A stretch of DNA of 64,000 nucleotides from Trichoplax sp. H2 (lineage: Eukaryota), in the NCBI GenBank assembly GCA_003344405.1, contig NOWV01000111.1, positions 1-64,000 on the forward strand, written 5' to 3'. A model generated the notes under the pieces. It searched no databases. It was not told the origin of the DNA and saw only the letters and a program-made list of their open reading frames with translations. How positions within the stretch are numbered: position 1 is the stretch's first letter; every line of letters starts with the position of its first letter. The translations under genes were made by a program, and so were the position numbers. Below are positions 15,801 to 30,387 of this stretch, in pieces.

Positions 15801-15926
15801 TTTAAAGAAGTCGAATTTGGATATTCCGATACGGTTACTAATATTAGCGGTCAAACTGTTAAGCATGGACTGCATCATATCACCCCTAGGCGCAATGATC
15901 CATCTTCTATTACTAACATTCATTAA
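809..15926 (+). CDS. Leucine-rich-repeat G-protein-coupled receptor (LGR/RXFP/GRL101-like 7TM) with a very long LRR ectodomain; about 46 LRR exons plus one terminal 7TM exon; 5' end not identified
   Basis: Series of mostly 72-nt AG|...|GT phase-2 exons, each encoding one LRR, e.g. 809-880 TMSSNKISFIEDDAFKGLKNLRVL, also 3782-3853, 7516-7587 and 10678-10749. Terminal exon 14597-15926 has hinge YLCCY..CTP..D.LSTCDDML, TM1 WIIGITAFVGN, TM2 NLALADF, DRF at the end of TM3 and TM7 LPINSAINPYLY. Confidence 0.93.
5585..6189 (-). mobile_element. Solo-LTR-like element, copy 1 (605 bp), inside an LRR-GPCR intron
   Basis: Begins TGTCTC and ends TGTCACA. Flanked by direct repeat CTGAT at 5580-5584 and 6190-6194. 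Colinear reverse-complement match to 17556-18185. Strand is relative to copy 2 only. Confidence 0.8.
8045..8074. repeat. Interrupted (AT)n microsatellite, intronic
   Basis: tatatatatatatatatgttatatatatat read directly. Confidence 0.8.
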
Positions 15927-17555
15927 GATGTAACATGCAATTTTTTCTTATGCTTATTTATTTCAATTTTGCCTTATTTCTGTACTGGACTTGGTATTGG
16001 TTTGAATTATCACTTCTACCAAATACGCATAAAAATGCTTGTACATCTTTAATGGCTATTTACGGAACTGATCAGTGACGTAAAAGGGATGTAATAACAT
16101 ATAATCAAAAAAAGAATTGACAATAAATACAACCGAAGTTCCTCGACATAACATTAGAACAGGTGTCACAACAGCGAGAAAGAAATAAAATTACTAATGG
16201 TGAAAGGAACAATAAATATAATATTTTAACTATTTTATGTTATTTGCACTTATATAACTTAAGATTTTCGCTAGCGAGAAAATCTTAAAGCATGTTAATG
16301 TTAGGCCCATTAATGTGATCGAGAAATTAATTAACCTGAGTGTGAAATAATAATCAAATGTAATAGAATTTAAAATAAGGTTAAAATAGCTTATCATCTT
16401 CTGTAATGCAGCAAGATGCGGAATTTCATCATAATCGTTACGTTATACAGTTCTTTAAGTTTAGTGTTTAATCTTATCATAAGGAAAGATTAATCTAACA
16501 ATATAATATAGAATGATCTTCAACCTTTTCAGCGACTTAGACACTACTCTGCTTTCGCATTTATTCTAGATGCCTGAGGGAAGTTTTATTAATTGATACC
16601 TATATAATCTGCGATTGAAGGATTCCTAGAATTATACTATTCCAAGCTACGTAATCAATTCTATTTCAAAATATTCACGTTTAAGTGCTATCAAATTTTA
16701 ATCTTAAAGAAATAACGTTTGTGCTTCAATTATAAACTGTCCCCGCTTCTTTACATAGATGTAGCAATTATCATTTAGCAAATTTAGAATTATTACTATA
16801 TAAATATATACTTAAGTTTTACAACTACACTGGACCATAAAATATTAACAGTAATTATTTCAATTTGTTATCAAGCAAAATTTCGTGATGAGGTAGATTA
16901 CGATTACCTTATTTATTCCTTGTCATAACTGTAATAATGTTATCTAACTTAGTAGAAGATAAACCTTATTACTACATCAAAAATTGCTTGCTCTAGCAAA
17001 CTTTTCTTAATTTAAGGAAATTGATACAGCCTTAATTTGCAGTAAATTGTACCATCATTTCCATTTTGCATCACACAAGTCTAATGGCTATCAATAATTG
17101 CACTATAAGGCTTTTGTAAAGCTTAAAAACTAATAGTCTTCAGCACTATCGTAGGCAAATCTTCAGACATTCTCTTCTTGACTGAAAATTTTATCAATAT
17201 CACACCCTAATATTAAATCTATGTCAATTCTTACAATAACTATGTGAAACAACTTTAATTTATTAATTATGCCTTACTGAGATTCCTTTATCATAGATTT
17301 TCAAGCTGTATTATATTACTATTAATTTAAAAGCTTTAATAAAGATTACGTCGGAGCACTATTGATACAGAATTTGCTATGCTAAAATGTTTATAGATCC
17401 CGGAAATATCAGGAATATTCTTGTATCTTTACCCAATACTAAAATAAGTATAGCTTGTGCCAGTAATTAAATATGATATAGAGCTGAATCTACTTGATAT
17501 ATAATTGTACTCGTAATTATACTATAGCGGTGATTTTTTTTTTATTATGACTGAT

Positions 17556-18185
17556 TGTGGCAGTGTTATATACTGTACTAGAGTAGAAATATCTATGTTA
17601 GGATAATTCTGTTAGCCTATCCTTATTTAGTTAACTCCTAATTTGGATATACCGTGTTTTAATATAGCACTGACTTTTTATGACGGTGATACATATACAC
17701 ATACTGAAATTAATAGTTATAATAGGGAAAGCAAATTATATACTTACAATTCGAATCATTGCGATTGTAACTTACTTATGGTAGATTGTAAATTATCGTG
17801 GAAATGTTCCGTGATAGGACATATCGTAATCTGACTATTCTGTATTAGTCATAAGATGTCTATGTTCGTAAATACTGTTGTCTGCATTAAGGAAGCAGTA
17901 GCTATAATTAATATCTAATTTAGTAAATGATTACAAAGTTAGTCGTACTAACTATGACTCATGAACTATTGAGGAAGAGTATATAAATGCAATATATCGT
18001 GTAATAAAGAGGATTCTCAAACTTAGTGTTTAACGTAAAATGCGAGGCGTTTAAGTCTTTGTGTAGACAGCTGGTAGATCAAAAGTGTTTGTGATAGTGC
18101 AGATATCGTTCCTTGATACGTGGTTCAAGGAATTGACTTATTGATCGTACATTACGTTATCTTGTTGTAAAGCTGTTTTGTGACA
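17556..18185 (+). mobile_element. Solo-LTR-like element, copy 2 (630 bp), intergenic
   Basis: Begins TGTGGCAGTG and ends TTTTGTGACA. Flanked by CTGAT at 17551-17555 and 18186-18190. Inverted homolog of 5585-6189, with about 25 extra bp near 17921-17950. Confidence 0.8.
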
Positions 18186-20003
18186 CTGATTTATGCTGTA
18201 TTTCAATTAATAAAAGTCAATAAAGACCAGTATACTAATTAAAATATATCTGCTGTATCCAATAGTGTCACACAACACTAGTGACAAAGTAGTCTATACA
18301 CGCCAATCCTTGCGGAGAACGCCACTTACTAACTTAAGGAGGCGAGATTAGCTATATCACCAAATAATTCAGTTCCAACGACCGAATACTATGGTACAAT
18401 TATAGCGTCACAGATGATGTAGACGAGATAGTCAGAGATTTACTATCATTTATTACTGAAGGAATCTTGGCACCCAAGATTATAGTCTTTACAATTAAAT
18501 ATCAATTGAAAAACTAGTTGACTATCTAACCGACTAACGAACTAAAAAGGAATCTTCAAATAGTTATAGAATCTATGCTTAATACAGGCTAGGAAGCGTT
18601 TAAGCCTTATCTATTGGAGTAAAAATTCTGATAGAGCAGATGTAGTACCATGATACAGTTTCGTGTGTCAAAATTCAGTCGTTAGAACAAGAAAAATACA
18701 AGTTAAATTAAAACGCCTTCAAATATTATTGTATCTAATAAAAGCATTTAGGTATAAATTTTCTAAATAAATTACAGTGGCTAGTGCTAATTGGGACTTT
18801 TAGATACCGCAGAAAGGCATATACGTTCGGTATTTCGTATAATAAACAGTTCTTATGTTAAATATATACAAACCACAGATCATACAGACATGTACATATC
18901 ATTTATGAATAAATGTGTGCATCCCACGTGAAGGTGTTATTTTTTAACCAAAAAGTCAAGTGAACTTTGCTTAATACATTTGGATATAAGTGAATTTTTC
19001 GCAAGTCACAAAAAAAATATTTCGCTCAAATTAGCACTTCGTAAGACAATACTAATAGGGTGTCATTATTAGCTTAATAAATTGCCATAAAGTCCTAAAT
19101 TTAAATCCTCAGGTTTAATATGCTATGTTACTGTAATAAAAAGAAAAACACTATTAATTTGTAAAATTAAAGTAAAGCAATGCGTTAATTACATGTTTGA
19201 AGCCATTAAGTCTGCTATACTGCCATACATTAAGCATTAGTTGCATTGTTACAAACATTGAGTGATTTTCGTCTATTTACTAACACATTCGAATGTGTTA
19301 ATCTTATAAATATTATTTACCACTATCTAACTGATGCTAGTTCTGTGATTACAACTTACTTATTCATGAAACTAAAGTTTCACAGCACAAAATAAAAACT
19401 TTTTTATATTTATTTATTAATATTGTATGGTCCGATACCCTTTCATAACAATATTACACTCAATTTATCAGCATTAATTCCAATAGCTTAATCATAATTC
19501 TATAGTTCTCTTAAATGAAATATGCATCAAGTGTTTTATGGAAATCTTCAAGAACCTAAGATTATCTCTTTTATTCTTGAAACAGATAAGGAAGTTTAGC
19601 AAATGTATTGATTCCAGCTAATTGTAGTAGTACAGTAAGTGGCTAACATGATGAGATGGCGCACTTGTACTATTTTTATAGAAGACTGTAATAGCAGGAG
19701 GCTATTACTCGGTCATTACAGCAAAGTAGTTTTATTCTCAGCCGGGCGGGGATTGTTTAAGTTAAATATTGTAATTTTAAATATTTATGAAAAATTTTCG
19801 TTGATCTACCATTTACTGTAATAATTTTTTTGAATAGATTAAAGAGGTTTCTTTAAGTATCATAAGCCCTTAATTTTAAAATTAAATTTACTTTTTAAAT
19901 GATTTTGTATCTGCGTATACAAGATAAAATGCAATTAAGGTTAGCAAAAAATTACGATATAATAATCCTCGTTCGCCATATGATTATATCATAATGGACA
20001 TAT

Positions 20004-23000
20004 TTAATAAGTAAACTCTTTAATATTTGAATCCAATTTGTTCTCAGAGGGGTTATCTTCTTTCGATACTAGTGCTATTGGTGTTTTTATCGTTAGTTCT
20101 GTAGATTCATCACTAGAGTTAGCATCATGAGATCCGGCTGAATCTGATTCATGGTCTGCATCTTCAATTGGAATATCTAATTCCTTAGTATCGTCATTGA
20201 TTGCGTCTGAGAACAAGATACATGAGACTTATCCATAAAATTGAAAAATTCATTTTTTGAAATGTAGTATTAAACTTACAATTATTATCTGTAACTGCTT
20301 GATTTAATACTGCCATCCATCTACACAAATTAGTAATAAGAAACTTTACAAAGGTGTTTCGAAATCATTTTAAGTACCGTATATTATAATCGTTCAATAT
20401 CATACTTAGTCATTTCTTCTCGATTATCTGCGTTTAAATAACAGATAGCTGTATGGTCCTTGGTGCAAATTTGAAAGGCACTAAATATTGCAAACGACAT
20501 GGGTTGTCAGATCTTAAACCCAGAATATCGTAGTAAAAGCAAGCACGAAAGAAATATACTGACTGCCGCTTTACGCCAGATGGAAGTACAATGTAGTCGA
20601 TAAGAGAAATTTTCTCCAGTAATTCAATCTAAATTAAAGATAGCATAAAATTGGCACTATATTTGCGATATTATTAAAGTCAAAACTGCATTTAGAATCT
20701 GTACGTTAGCTTGGGCTATATTTAAAAGAACAATTGTATCCGAGGACATTTCATAAAGAGTTCACACCTCATTCTTCTTATATACGTATAAATTAGTATC
20801 TAGTAATCGAAACCAGCATCGACACCATTGCTTCGATAAATTAGAACCTGAAAATTATTCAAGGAATCTAATATGTTGGCTAAGTTCGTAACATACAATA
20901 TGAATAATGGCAAAATCGTTGTCGAATTACCTGGTCTTGTGGGCTTAATCCACAGAAATCCAGCTAAATCACTTCGACCTACCATTTCGTAGAAAGTTAT
21001 AATCATGAACAACATAATTACGAATTGGTAGCATAGTTGCCTTTCGTATTTGTGATTAAACCACCTCATCAAGTATTAATATAGTATAAAAGTGTTTCAA
21101 GCTAGAAGTATTCCTAATTTGCAACCAAGATGAGAAAGTAATTTCTTTGTCCTACATGACAAAGAACTGGAATGTCAATCAAACGGTATCCCAATGTTAG
21201 ATTTCATTGGGTAAAGACATAGTAAGGCCCGGAAATTCTTAGCCTACTCTACTAACTGAAGAATCATAACTTGAATAGATTTTAGAGCTTAAAACAGATT
21301 TAGCTATGAGAATTACTTCATCTTGACAATTGATTAAATAAATGCATATTAGAAAATTCATTATTATTAACTAAACTAGTCTAATCCTTTCCAATTTATA
21401 AGATAACTGAATGAATTAACTCCAGATTGCAATTTAACAAACATATGTTAAGGTTATCATACCAGAAGAATTTATCTAAACCTAGAAACTATACTTGCAA
21501 TTTTTAACATATTTAGCCATTAATCAAGTAAAGGCAAATTAGAAAGTCTATAATTACTGACATAACTGCAGCCTGATTCTGTTGAATTTATTATACGTAT
21601 TAGTAAATTAATTAACTCTAGAGCACAGTTCAACAAAAACTGGTGCTATCATATTAGAATAGCTCATGCAAACTTAGAAGCTATGCTTTCAATTCCTAAC
21701 ACTATTCAGATCAATTAAGATGCTTCGGTTAAACAAGTATAACTATAATCACCTCCTCGGTACTTGTTCACTTTATGCAGTAATTCCTGTATAAGAAAAT
21801 AATATTTAAATTATGTACTATCGAAACATTCTCTATTGGAAAATATCCTGTTACAAATTGTTATAGAAAGAAAATTCCGTCGTGAATGTGATGCGAATAA
21901 TATCATGTAACAGTCTCTTTATTATACGTATCTTATTATTTGCAGAATGAAATCTTAAAACAAGTTTCTGTAAGAATTATTTGTATTTTATAATTTTAAA
22001 AATAGCTTTTCAAAAACTAAGTCACTGATTAGCTGTAACTTACATTCTCGGAAATAGCTGAAAAGCTACGATCTTTATTTCGACGGCCTAAATATACGCA
22101 AAATTCATGAAGCGAAATAAAATACCATCTGATATTAGAAATTTACGGCTGAACTATAATAAACTTACCAAATACAGCACTATCTCTCCTATGTCCAGTC
22201 TGTAGAATAGATCATAGGGATTAGCTAAACATTGGTTATAAGTAAAGTAGTATAATATTTCCATTTTTGCAATCATCAGAACCTATCAAATTAATAATAA
22301 CTTAACGCTGAATTATCGTTTACTTACACCGGAAGATTGTCCTCCCCAATCTATTAAAAATTATGATTTAATGAGATAATGATTTTTTAGCATTTACATG
22401 AATTAAAAATTGCAAATGACAGAACATAGTCCGATTACTAGAATATAAACATAGACATTACCCCATAGAGACTGGTTGCTAAAACGCTTCTTGATCTGCT
22501 CAAAAAGAGTTATGGATGGTGAATACAAAACATTATTCACCTCGAATGATAATTTATAATTTTTCTGACAATTAATTAATATTGTGAAATGGTGTCGAAA
22601 ATTGAGTTTACCCTTTGCTTAATCCCAGTAAAACCCTTGCGGTTTTTACCAGGTGAGCTATTACTCCTTACGGGAACTGATGAATCTATAGAAGACAAAT
22701 AGCAATCGGTAGGTTTTATGACAATAAAAGGTGCTTATGAATTGATGATAGCGATATTCTCACTTACTTTTTTCTCCAATTGACGCAAATTCCTAAATCA
22801 AAAAATTGATATTTAGAGATTCGTCGTGTCTGAGAAAAAATTTTAGAGCTATGCTATTTATAGCTAACTTTGTGATCCATTCCGATTAATGGCGGACTTT
22901 CAACAACATCTGCCAAAATGAACGACAATCATCAATTATGTCTATAATAAAATTTTCTCTTTTTCATTTTCAATTAAGCTGTAATATCATTGATAGCATC

Positions 23001-26000
23001 TTGGGTATTAACTAAACTTTAATAATATCAAAAAATCTTCTAGTGCATAATTAATCACTATACGAGTATAGACACTTTCAATACCGTAAGATAAATTAAA
23101 CTAGTAAATTTTATTAGCATGCAAAATCGCTAAACAATTAGGAATCAATACGTTTAAACTATAGTTAAATTTCGACAATTTCAGAAGGTAAAAAATTAAA
23201 ACTTATTAGTAAGTAATTAAACCTTTCAATACCTGCAAATTCGTAGTCGTCCATATCAAGGCTCTTTTGCTCGGCTATTATTAAAGATCTCTTCCGCAAT
23301 TCTATATAAACAAACGTAACATCCCAGCGTGTTTTAGTCATTGTATATTCAAATAATTGCAATACCTAAGCCAGAATAAACTATACCCCGTTCTGGAGAT
23401 GAGTAACGATCCATGCTTAATCCTTCAACAGCAGCACCCAAGGACATTTGGCGTCTAATTCTAGGATTATTGCCAAATGATCGGCTAATAGGTAAAACAT
23501 AAAGCATACATTTATTAATCAAAGAACTTAAAATGGGTCATCCCAGGCATCTTAGGACAATAAATATATGTAATAAAATAATTTCGATAAATACATAGTT
23601 AATGAGAACTATCATGTCCCATTTTACAATTTTATTCAAAATCCAATGCAATGTTAATTACTATACAGTATTACCATAATTATCTTCTCCATTGGATAAA
23701 TGTGCTAAATTATCTTGAGAAGCACATTTACTTATAACGTCTTTCTTGATTTTAACAGCATCTTGCAATTGTGAATGAGAGATTGATGTTCGAAGATTAC
23801 AATTTTCAGGTAGTGCTTTGTCGTTGATGAGCGATTGCTTTTGAATTACATATACTTTAAGAACAGGATATGATTTAATTAATTTGACTACGTTTACTTC
23901 TTGCCAGCCCGCCTAATAAAACGACAAGTTTGTAGTAAGATGTAAATAAATTTAAAAGTGAAATTATATAGTGGCTTCTCGTTATACATTTTCCTATCAG
24001 TTTTTAAAATAGATAAATCTTTAAACTTGTACTAGCTAAAACAGGCACGCATGTAAACTGGTTACCGCATCCCATTACTATGTTGCCGCATCCAGTGCAT
24101 TGCAGAAGAAATTAATTGCTAATATTATAGCAAAAAGTATGCTATGTCTCTAATAATTAATTATTCTTGGCACCATTTAGAGTCACATTTAAATCACACA
24201 AATGTTACGATGCCAAATTACTAAAAGTGCACCACAAGTTTCATGGTAGGGTATAAAAGGACGAGCGAATACTCGGCTCCTTAGGAGTTTGTAATAAGTA
24301 ATCTATTAATTTAGGATAGTAGTTCGCACTCAAGCTAGTGACAATCAGGTTTCAAATTCAGATTACATGTTTAAGTTACATAGTAAAGAATCTTACCACA
24401 TTTTGTTCATTAATTTGAAATACTTCATCACCTTCTTCCAATTCGCTGTTATATGCTGGGGACTTTTAGTAAAATTAAGCGCTTTGTTAGATAAATTCAT
24501 AATTTTATGTTTCTAGAAGCAAATAAAAGTACGTGCACATAACGTTTAATTCTTTAAAAAATTAGTTTACTCACATCAGGTTTAATGCTCTCAATTATAA
24601 AGGTTCCGGAGATACTTGGAACAAGCTTTACCCCCTAAGTATTATATGAGTATATCATGACTTATGGTTTTAAGAAACAATGATCATGTGACGTCCTCAC
24701 AAATATTAATCTAATATTATTTCATGACCGGAATATACCATTATAAAAGTACAGTATTTATCATTTATGTCATACAATCCATGTATTCTTTACCAAAATA
24801 TCATCATTTTTGTTTATAATAGCTCGTTTTAAATTGGTAGGATAAGTTAATAATGAGTAGTCCTTCGTTTCATCCATAATTTTATTGCAAATAGTACTGG
24901 CTTCCTGACACTAAATACAATAGAAATGCAAGGATGAAAATAGCATCAAGATTTACTATCCGGTACACAGTGTACTATGATATTTAATTAATATTGTAAA
25001 TATTCTAATTCAATTAATATTGAATATAGGTATAGATTTACTTCTGCTATAAGGACTTACAATTCTTGAAATTTCGATTTTGAAATTGTGTTGCTGGTCT
25101 AAAAACATAATTTTAATGTTCTGTTAAACGCCATTATGGCCTTCTTTTAAGTTAACGATTAAGAAATTATAAATTTTTTGCAGGGGAGTGCGAATTTGCC
25201 AACCGTAATAGAGCTATGGCTTTATCAATTGATTGCTTAACTTTATGTTCTACCAATAATTACCGAACTATTTGTACACCAAACCAATTCATCTGCGAAC
25301 CTCTTAGCTAGTCTATTCAGTCCATGGTAACCTCGTAATGTAGAAAATGGTGGACTATATGAGCAATAAATAGGGGTTAGATTTGACTACTTTTAATTTT
25401 TCAGTTTATAGAATCCTGTAATTCTCTCAGAATAATAAATTTCTCAAGATTTTAATACAAGCTAGATAAAATTCTTCATAGAGATATTATTTTTAACGCA
25501 ATACTATAGAATAAGCAATCCTAAGCTCGTACTGTGAAATTCATCATTGATTTACCTGTTTAAAATAAAGGCTAATTGTCGAGAAGCTTTAGTTAGCTTC
25601 AAAAAGTGCAGTGCTGAAGTTCGAGGCGCCAAAGTCAATCTATTTAATTTACGGGCTGCAAACAGTGCAGTCTGATTTTGTAGCGTTGATTGCTACGGTA
25701 TCATTGAATTCGAAAAAAGGAAATACACATATTATAGCTATTAGTAATGTTGAAGACTGTATCAAAATAGCTAAGAACAACATGAACGCTTATGAGGGAC
25801 TATTGTCATTTAATAATATAATTAGTACACCGAATAATCTTAAAACGTTTATATGTTCAATTGATATGTGGTAATAAAATCATCTAGCAACATCATTAAC
25901 TACTGTACTCTAAAGTTAAGTAATATAAAGACTGACTCTGATATACGTTAAATGCAGAGCATAATCATCTTGCATATGATTTGCAAGATATAAATAACTA

Positions 26001-28452
26001 CAAGAAGAAGGTATAAACTTACCAGGATGCTTAATGAAAGAATTGATTTTAATATCGTAAGACGATGATTGAAGCTTTCGATCTATAAATGAAAATATCG
26101 TGACAAAACCAATAACGCAAGTGTACGTATATGTTTTGTTGATATATGTTACAGAATGCTCACCGTTATTTCCAGACACGTACTAGTATGTCCATTGATT
26201 TTAAGTTATTGTTTATTATAATGTTAAAAAGTTAATAATTCTTAATATCAAGATGTAGATTTAAAACAAAACTGCTTCACCTATTAATTATTGCAACTGA
26301 AATCTAAAAATTGTAATTCAGAATAACAAACTAAAAATATATCAGAATAGATTTTCCTACAATTATACCGATATCGTATAATATTTCTAGGTCTCTAATA
26401 GTTAATATTAAGAAACTAGTAAAACTACAAGCAGGTAGAGCTAATTTTGTGTTGACATTCCGTAAGTAAGATATTATGCGAGCGATTAGGCCATAGGTTA
26501 TTCAAACTGTTACAGCTTGCATTATCGTTTGCAACTAGAGATTATGTGCTTTATATGATTGAAATGATATTGACTTGGATCAACTTACTTGCATGTTAAT
26601 AAGGTCATGATGATTTAATTCAAGTAATCGTTCTCCATCAATATCATCTTGAAAGCAAGCCAAGAAGGATGATACGTTTTCAGTATCATCGATGCCTAGC
26701 AAAATAAGATAAAAACATTAAGAAAAACTGCTGATAATTAATAGCAGAATATGGCCAAACACTCCGAGCTTCGATTATTGAAGAAAATTAGTAAGGCTAG
26801 ATGATTAAGGAAAATTTAACGGTATTATTGTATGTTATTCTTTCTCGATATATCAAATCTTTTATCATCATTTTGTCCGTTGCGCAATAACATGGAAGAC
26901 AATGAATTGCCTTTTCTATTTCGGAATTAGATATCAAATGAATAAATTGGCATGCATACGGTATGCATAAATCGCACAATGAAATAGCATTTTTACAGTT
27001 ATAAAAGCTCTTTTAAATATTTATAAACTACTGTACTGATAACAAGTTTATATGGATGAGTGGACGATTTTTTTTAAAATTGTTAAATCAAGTCTTATAT
27101 CCATTTGTTAGCATGAAACTATTAGAATAGAATGTTCTACGGTTTGGCTATGATTATACCAATGATAGTTTAATTGTAAAAATTAATCTGTAAAATGAAA
27201 GACCGCACTCGATTTTTTCTACTTAATCGGCTTCCAGGGAGACATAGGCTATTATGAAGTAATATAGTTTATCGGAAACAATTTAAATTTATTCAATTTT
27301 AGGCAATTTGACGTTTACAGTAAAGATTGTCAAAGCAGATAAACTAAACTATAACAGTAAAGGTCATGATGCATGGATATGGTCATATGTAGTAATGCTG
27401 TAAATTTCATAGAAATATTGAACAGTATGAAAGAATAACCAGAAGTACGATTATACCATTAATTACATTTCCTTCAGCAATCTTTACTATAATCGTGCTA
27501 TACGATGTAAGGACCATAAATTATCAATTTTTTATCTGGAATAATATTCTATGTTCTCTATGTGGTATAGAACAAAGGTTATAATGTGTAGCATTTATTT
27601 CCCTTAGCTACCCTTGTCATAGCTGTTTACCTATCGTGAAAGAAACGAAGACAAATGCTAACTAAATAAACTATAATATCGACAATATTGATAAATAATG
27701 CATGATTATCTGTCTCCAATGGTATTACTATTACTATTCTATACCGTATGAAATTATTGAACAATGAAACCTTGGGTAGAGTTTCTATGAATAAATAAAA
27801 ATATTGTTTCCATTTTGGAGAATGCGCAGCCGAAGCAAATGTAACAAATTTATGTTCAATTAAATAATCGATTCGTAGATATTACGTTAGGATTTAAGGA
27901 CGATTCTATCGCTATTCTAGTAATTTTAAAAGCATAGCATTAATATTCTAGTTAGTTAATTGAGTATGCAAGATATCACGCATAAAATATGTAATAAAAA
28001 TTAATTCCTATTTAATTAAATTACGGAATGACTGCAAATGATACCAAGGAATAAGATCGACTACAGCAGTATGCTCTCATACCGTACTGTTATAAGGCTA
28101 AGACCGGGATCTGTTTTCTAATTTTGTCTGGTTCTGAGCATCATCGCATTGCTAAAAAGTATGACATAACTTATGTCAAGCATAATCGCAAGACCTCAGA
28201 AGTTATGACAGTTTCAGCCGATTGGATTCTAGTTAGTTATTTTAACTCTAACTTTCATTACTTATATATCTAATATAGTGAACTATAATTAAACTTTTAA
28301 AGACAATTACACACCATAGAATTTAGAACTGCAAGTTATGATTCTCGCGGTCTTCATATTATCCAAGTCAACAGAAGATTGTATTTAGCGTTAATTAAGA
28401 AATAATTTTAACTATCGTTTCCAAACTCACCTTTCAACCAATCTACAACATC
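20004..28452 (-). CDS. CNKSR: Connector enhancer of kinase suppressor of Ras (CNK/CNKSR-like; SAM-CRIC-PDZ-PH); start missing and 5' exons damaged as assembled
   Basis: SAM: DVVDWLK|GIDDTENVSSFLACFQDDIDGERLLELNHHDLINMQ (28430-28452 and ~26588-26694). CRIC: LKLTKASRQLAFILN|SPPFSTL (~25260-25610). PDZ: GVKLVPSISGTFIIESIKPD|SPAYNSELEEGDEVFQINEQNV|AGWQ (~23900-24635). PH: DLAGFLWIK..KQWCRCWFRL..YLNADNREEMTK|WMAVLNQA (~20280-20990). Acidic tail ends at stop 20004. Confidence 0.85.
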
Positions 28453-28477
28453 TGTAAATGGTTTAATAATGGACTAC

Positions 28478-29320
<843 letters not shown>

Positions 29321-29900
29321 CTAATATATTGGATGAAGCATATCAGAATAAGGAGATTACTGTAGCGAAGCAGTAAGAGCTCATGCTATAAATTGCGAAT
29401 ATAACCCTAACGTTTTCCGTCGATGATTTACAACTTGCGATGATAAGGCTACAGATGACGATATAGAACTAATGCAGTATATGTAAATAGCACCGTACTA
29501 GTGGAAGCATTTGCATGGCTACTACCAAAATGATAAAACTCTCATCTCGAATATTACGCACATATTAATTCAACAATCTGATCAGATCAAGAGCATGGCG
29601 ATGTTAGTCCATTTCCATCAACAGGCTAAACACACATCCAGTACAAGCAATCACAACAAATGGGTAGCCTAAAGCCTAAGCAAGAACTAGAATCCAAGGC
29701 CTCTTATTCGGTTATTCATTAGAAATAATCTTGTAGAAATGAAGAGCATCAGGATTAGTCGAAGATAGTAGAGATTTTACTAGCCGCTACCACACTTAGA
29801 TCATGCCAAGCCGCGCCTGATTGAGAGAGTTAAAGTGGGTAAAAGTCCATGACGCAGTCCTACAGTATAGCGCAATATAGTCTTGCAATAGACTACTTGT

Positions 29901-30012
29901 GTACCGTAGCCACCGACAGTACAGTACGGTACAGTCTACAGTGCACAGTACAGCATTGTACTGTACTGTACTTTACTGTACAGTACTATACTGTACTGTA
30001 CTGTACTGCACT
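29901..30012. repeat. Degenerate (ACAGT)n/(ACTGT)n pentanucleotide array in the CCDC174/EXOSC8 divergent intergenic region
   Basis: cagtacagtacggtacagt... switches to ...tactgtactgtactgcactg, so the two halves are roughly self-complementary. Confidence 0.9.
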
Positions 30013-30387
30013 GCTCGGTACTTCTGCTCCGAAATTGCAACCCGATTACCATTTAATGTACTCATAGCTATTAAAATTGGAGATTTTGCAAACATCTCTA
30101 ACCGATGGTGATTCAAGATTGATATACTGTTGCTGCATTATAAGGATATTTTCATACTTTGCATACTGTAGTGTAGAGCGCACAGCAAACTCCAACTAAC
30201 TTAAGCTCCATTTATAAATTGGCTAAAACGCTCAATTACAGCTATTAATTATCTCTTCTTGTCCGCACTGCATCATAAACTGTTTATGCGTATGCGTACC
30301 CAACTGTACATAATTGGACCTATAAAGATTCAAGATTAATTCGAGATTACATCGTTACAGAAATTGAAGGAGGAAACAAGATAGAAC

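Noticed and set aside
17643..17834. 63-aa ORF within LTR-like copy 2
   Set aside because: TTG start, no recognisable motif; likely a chance ORF.
29849..30111. ORFs with YCTVL/TVLY repeats (also 33745-33969)
   Set aside because: They are translations of the ACAGT microsatellite.
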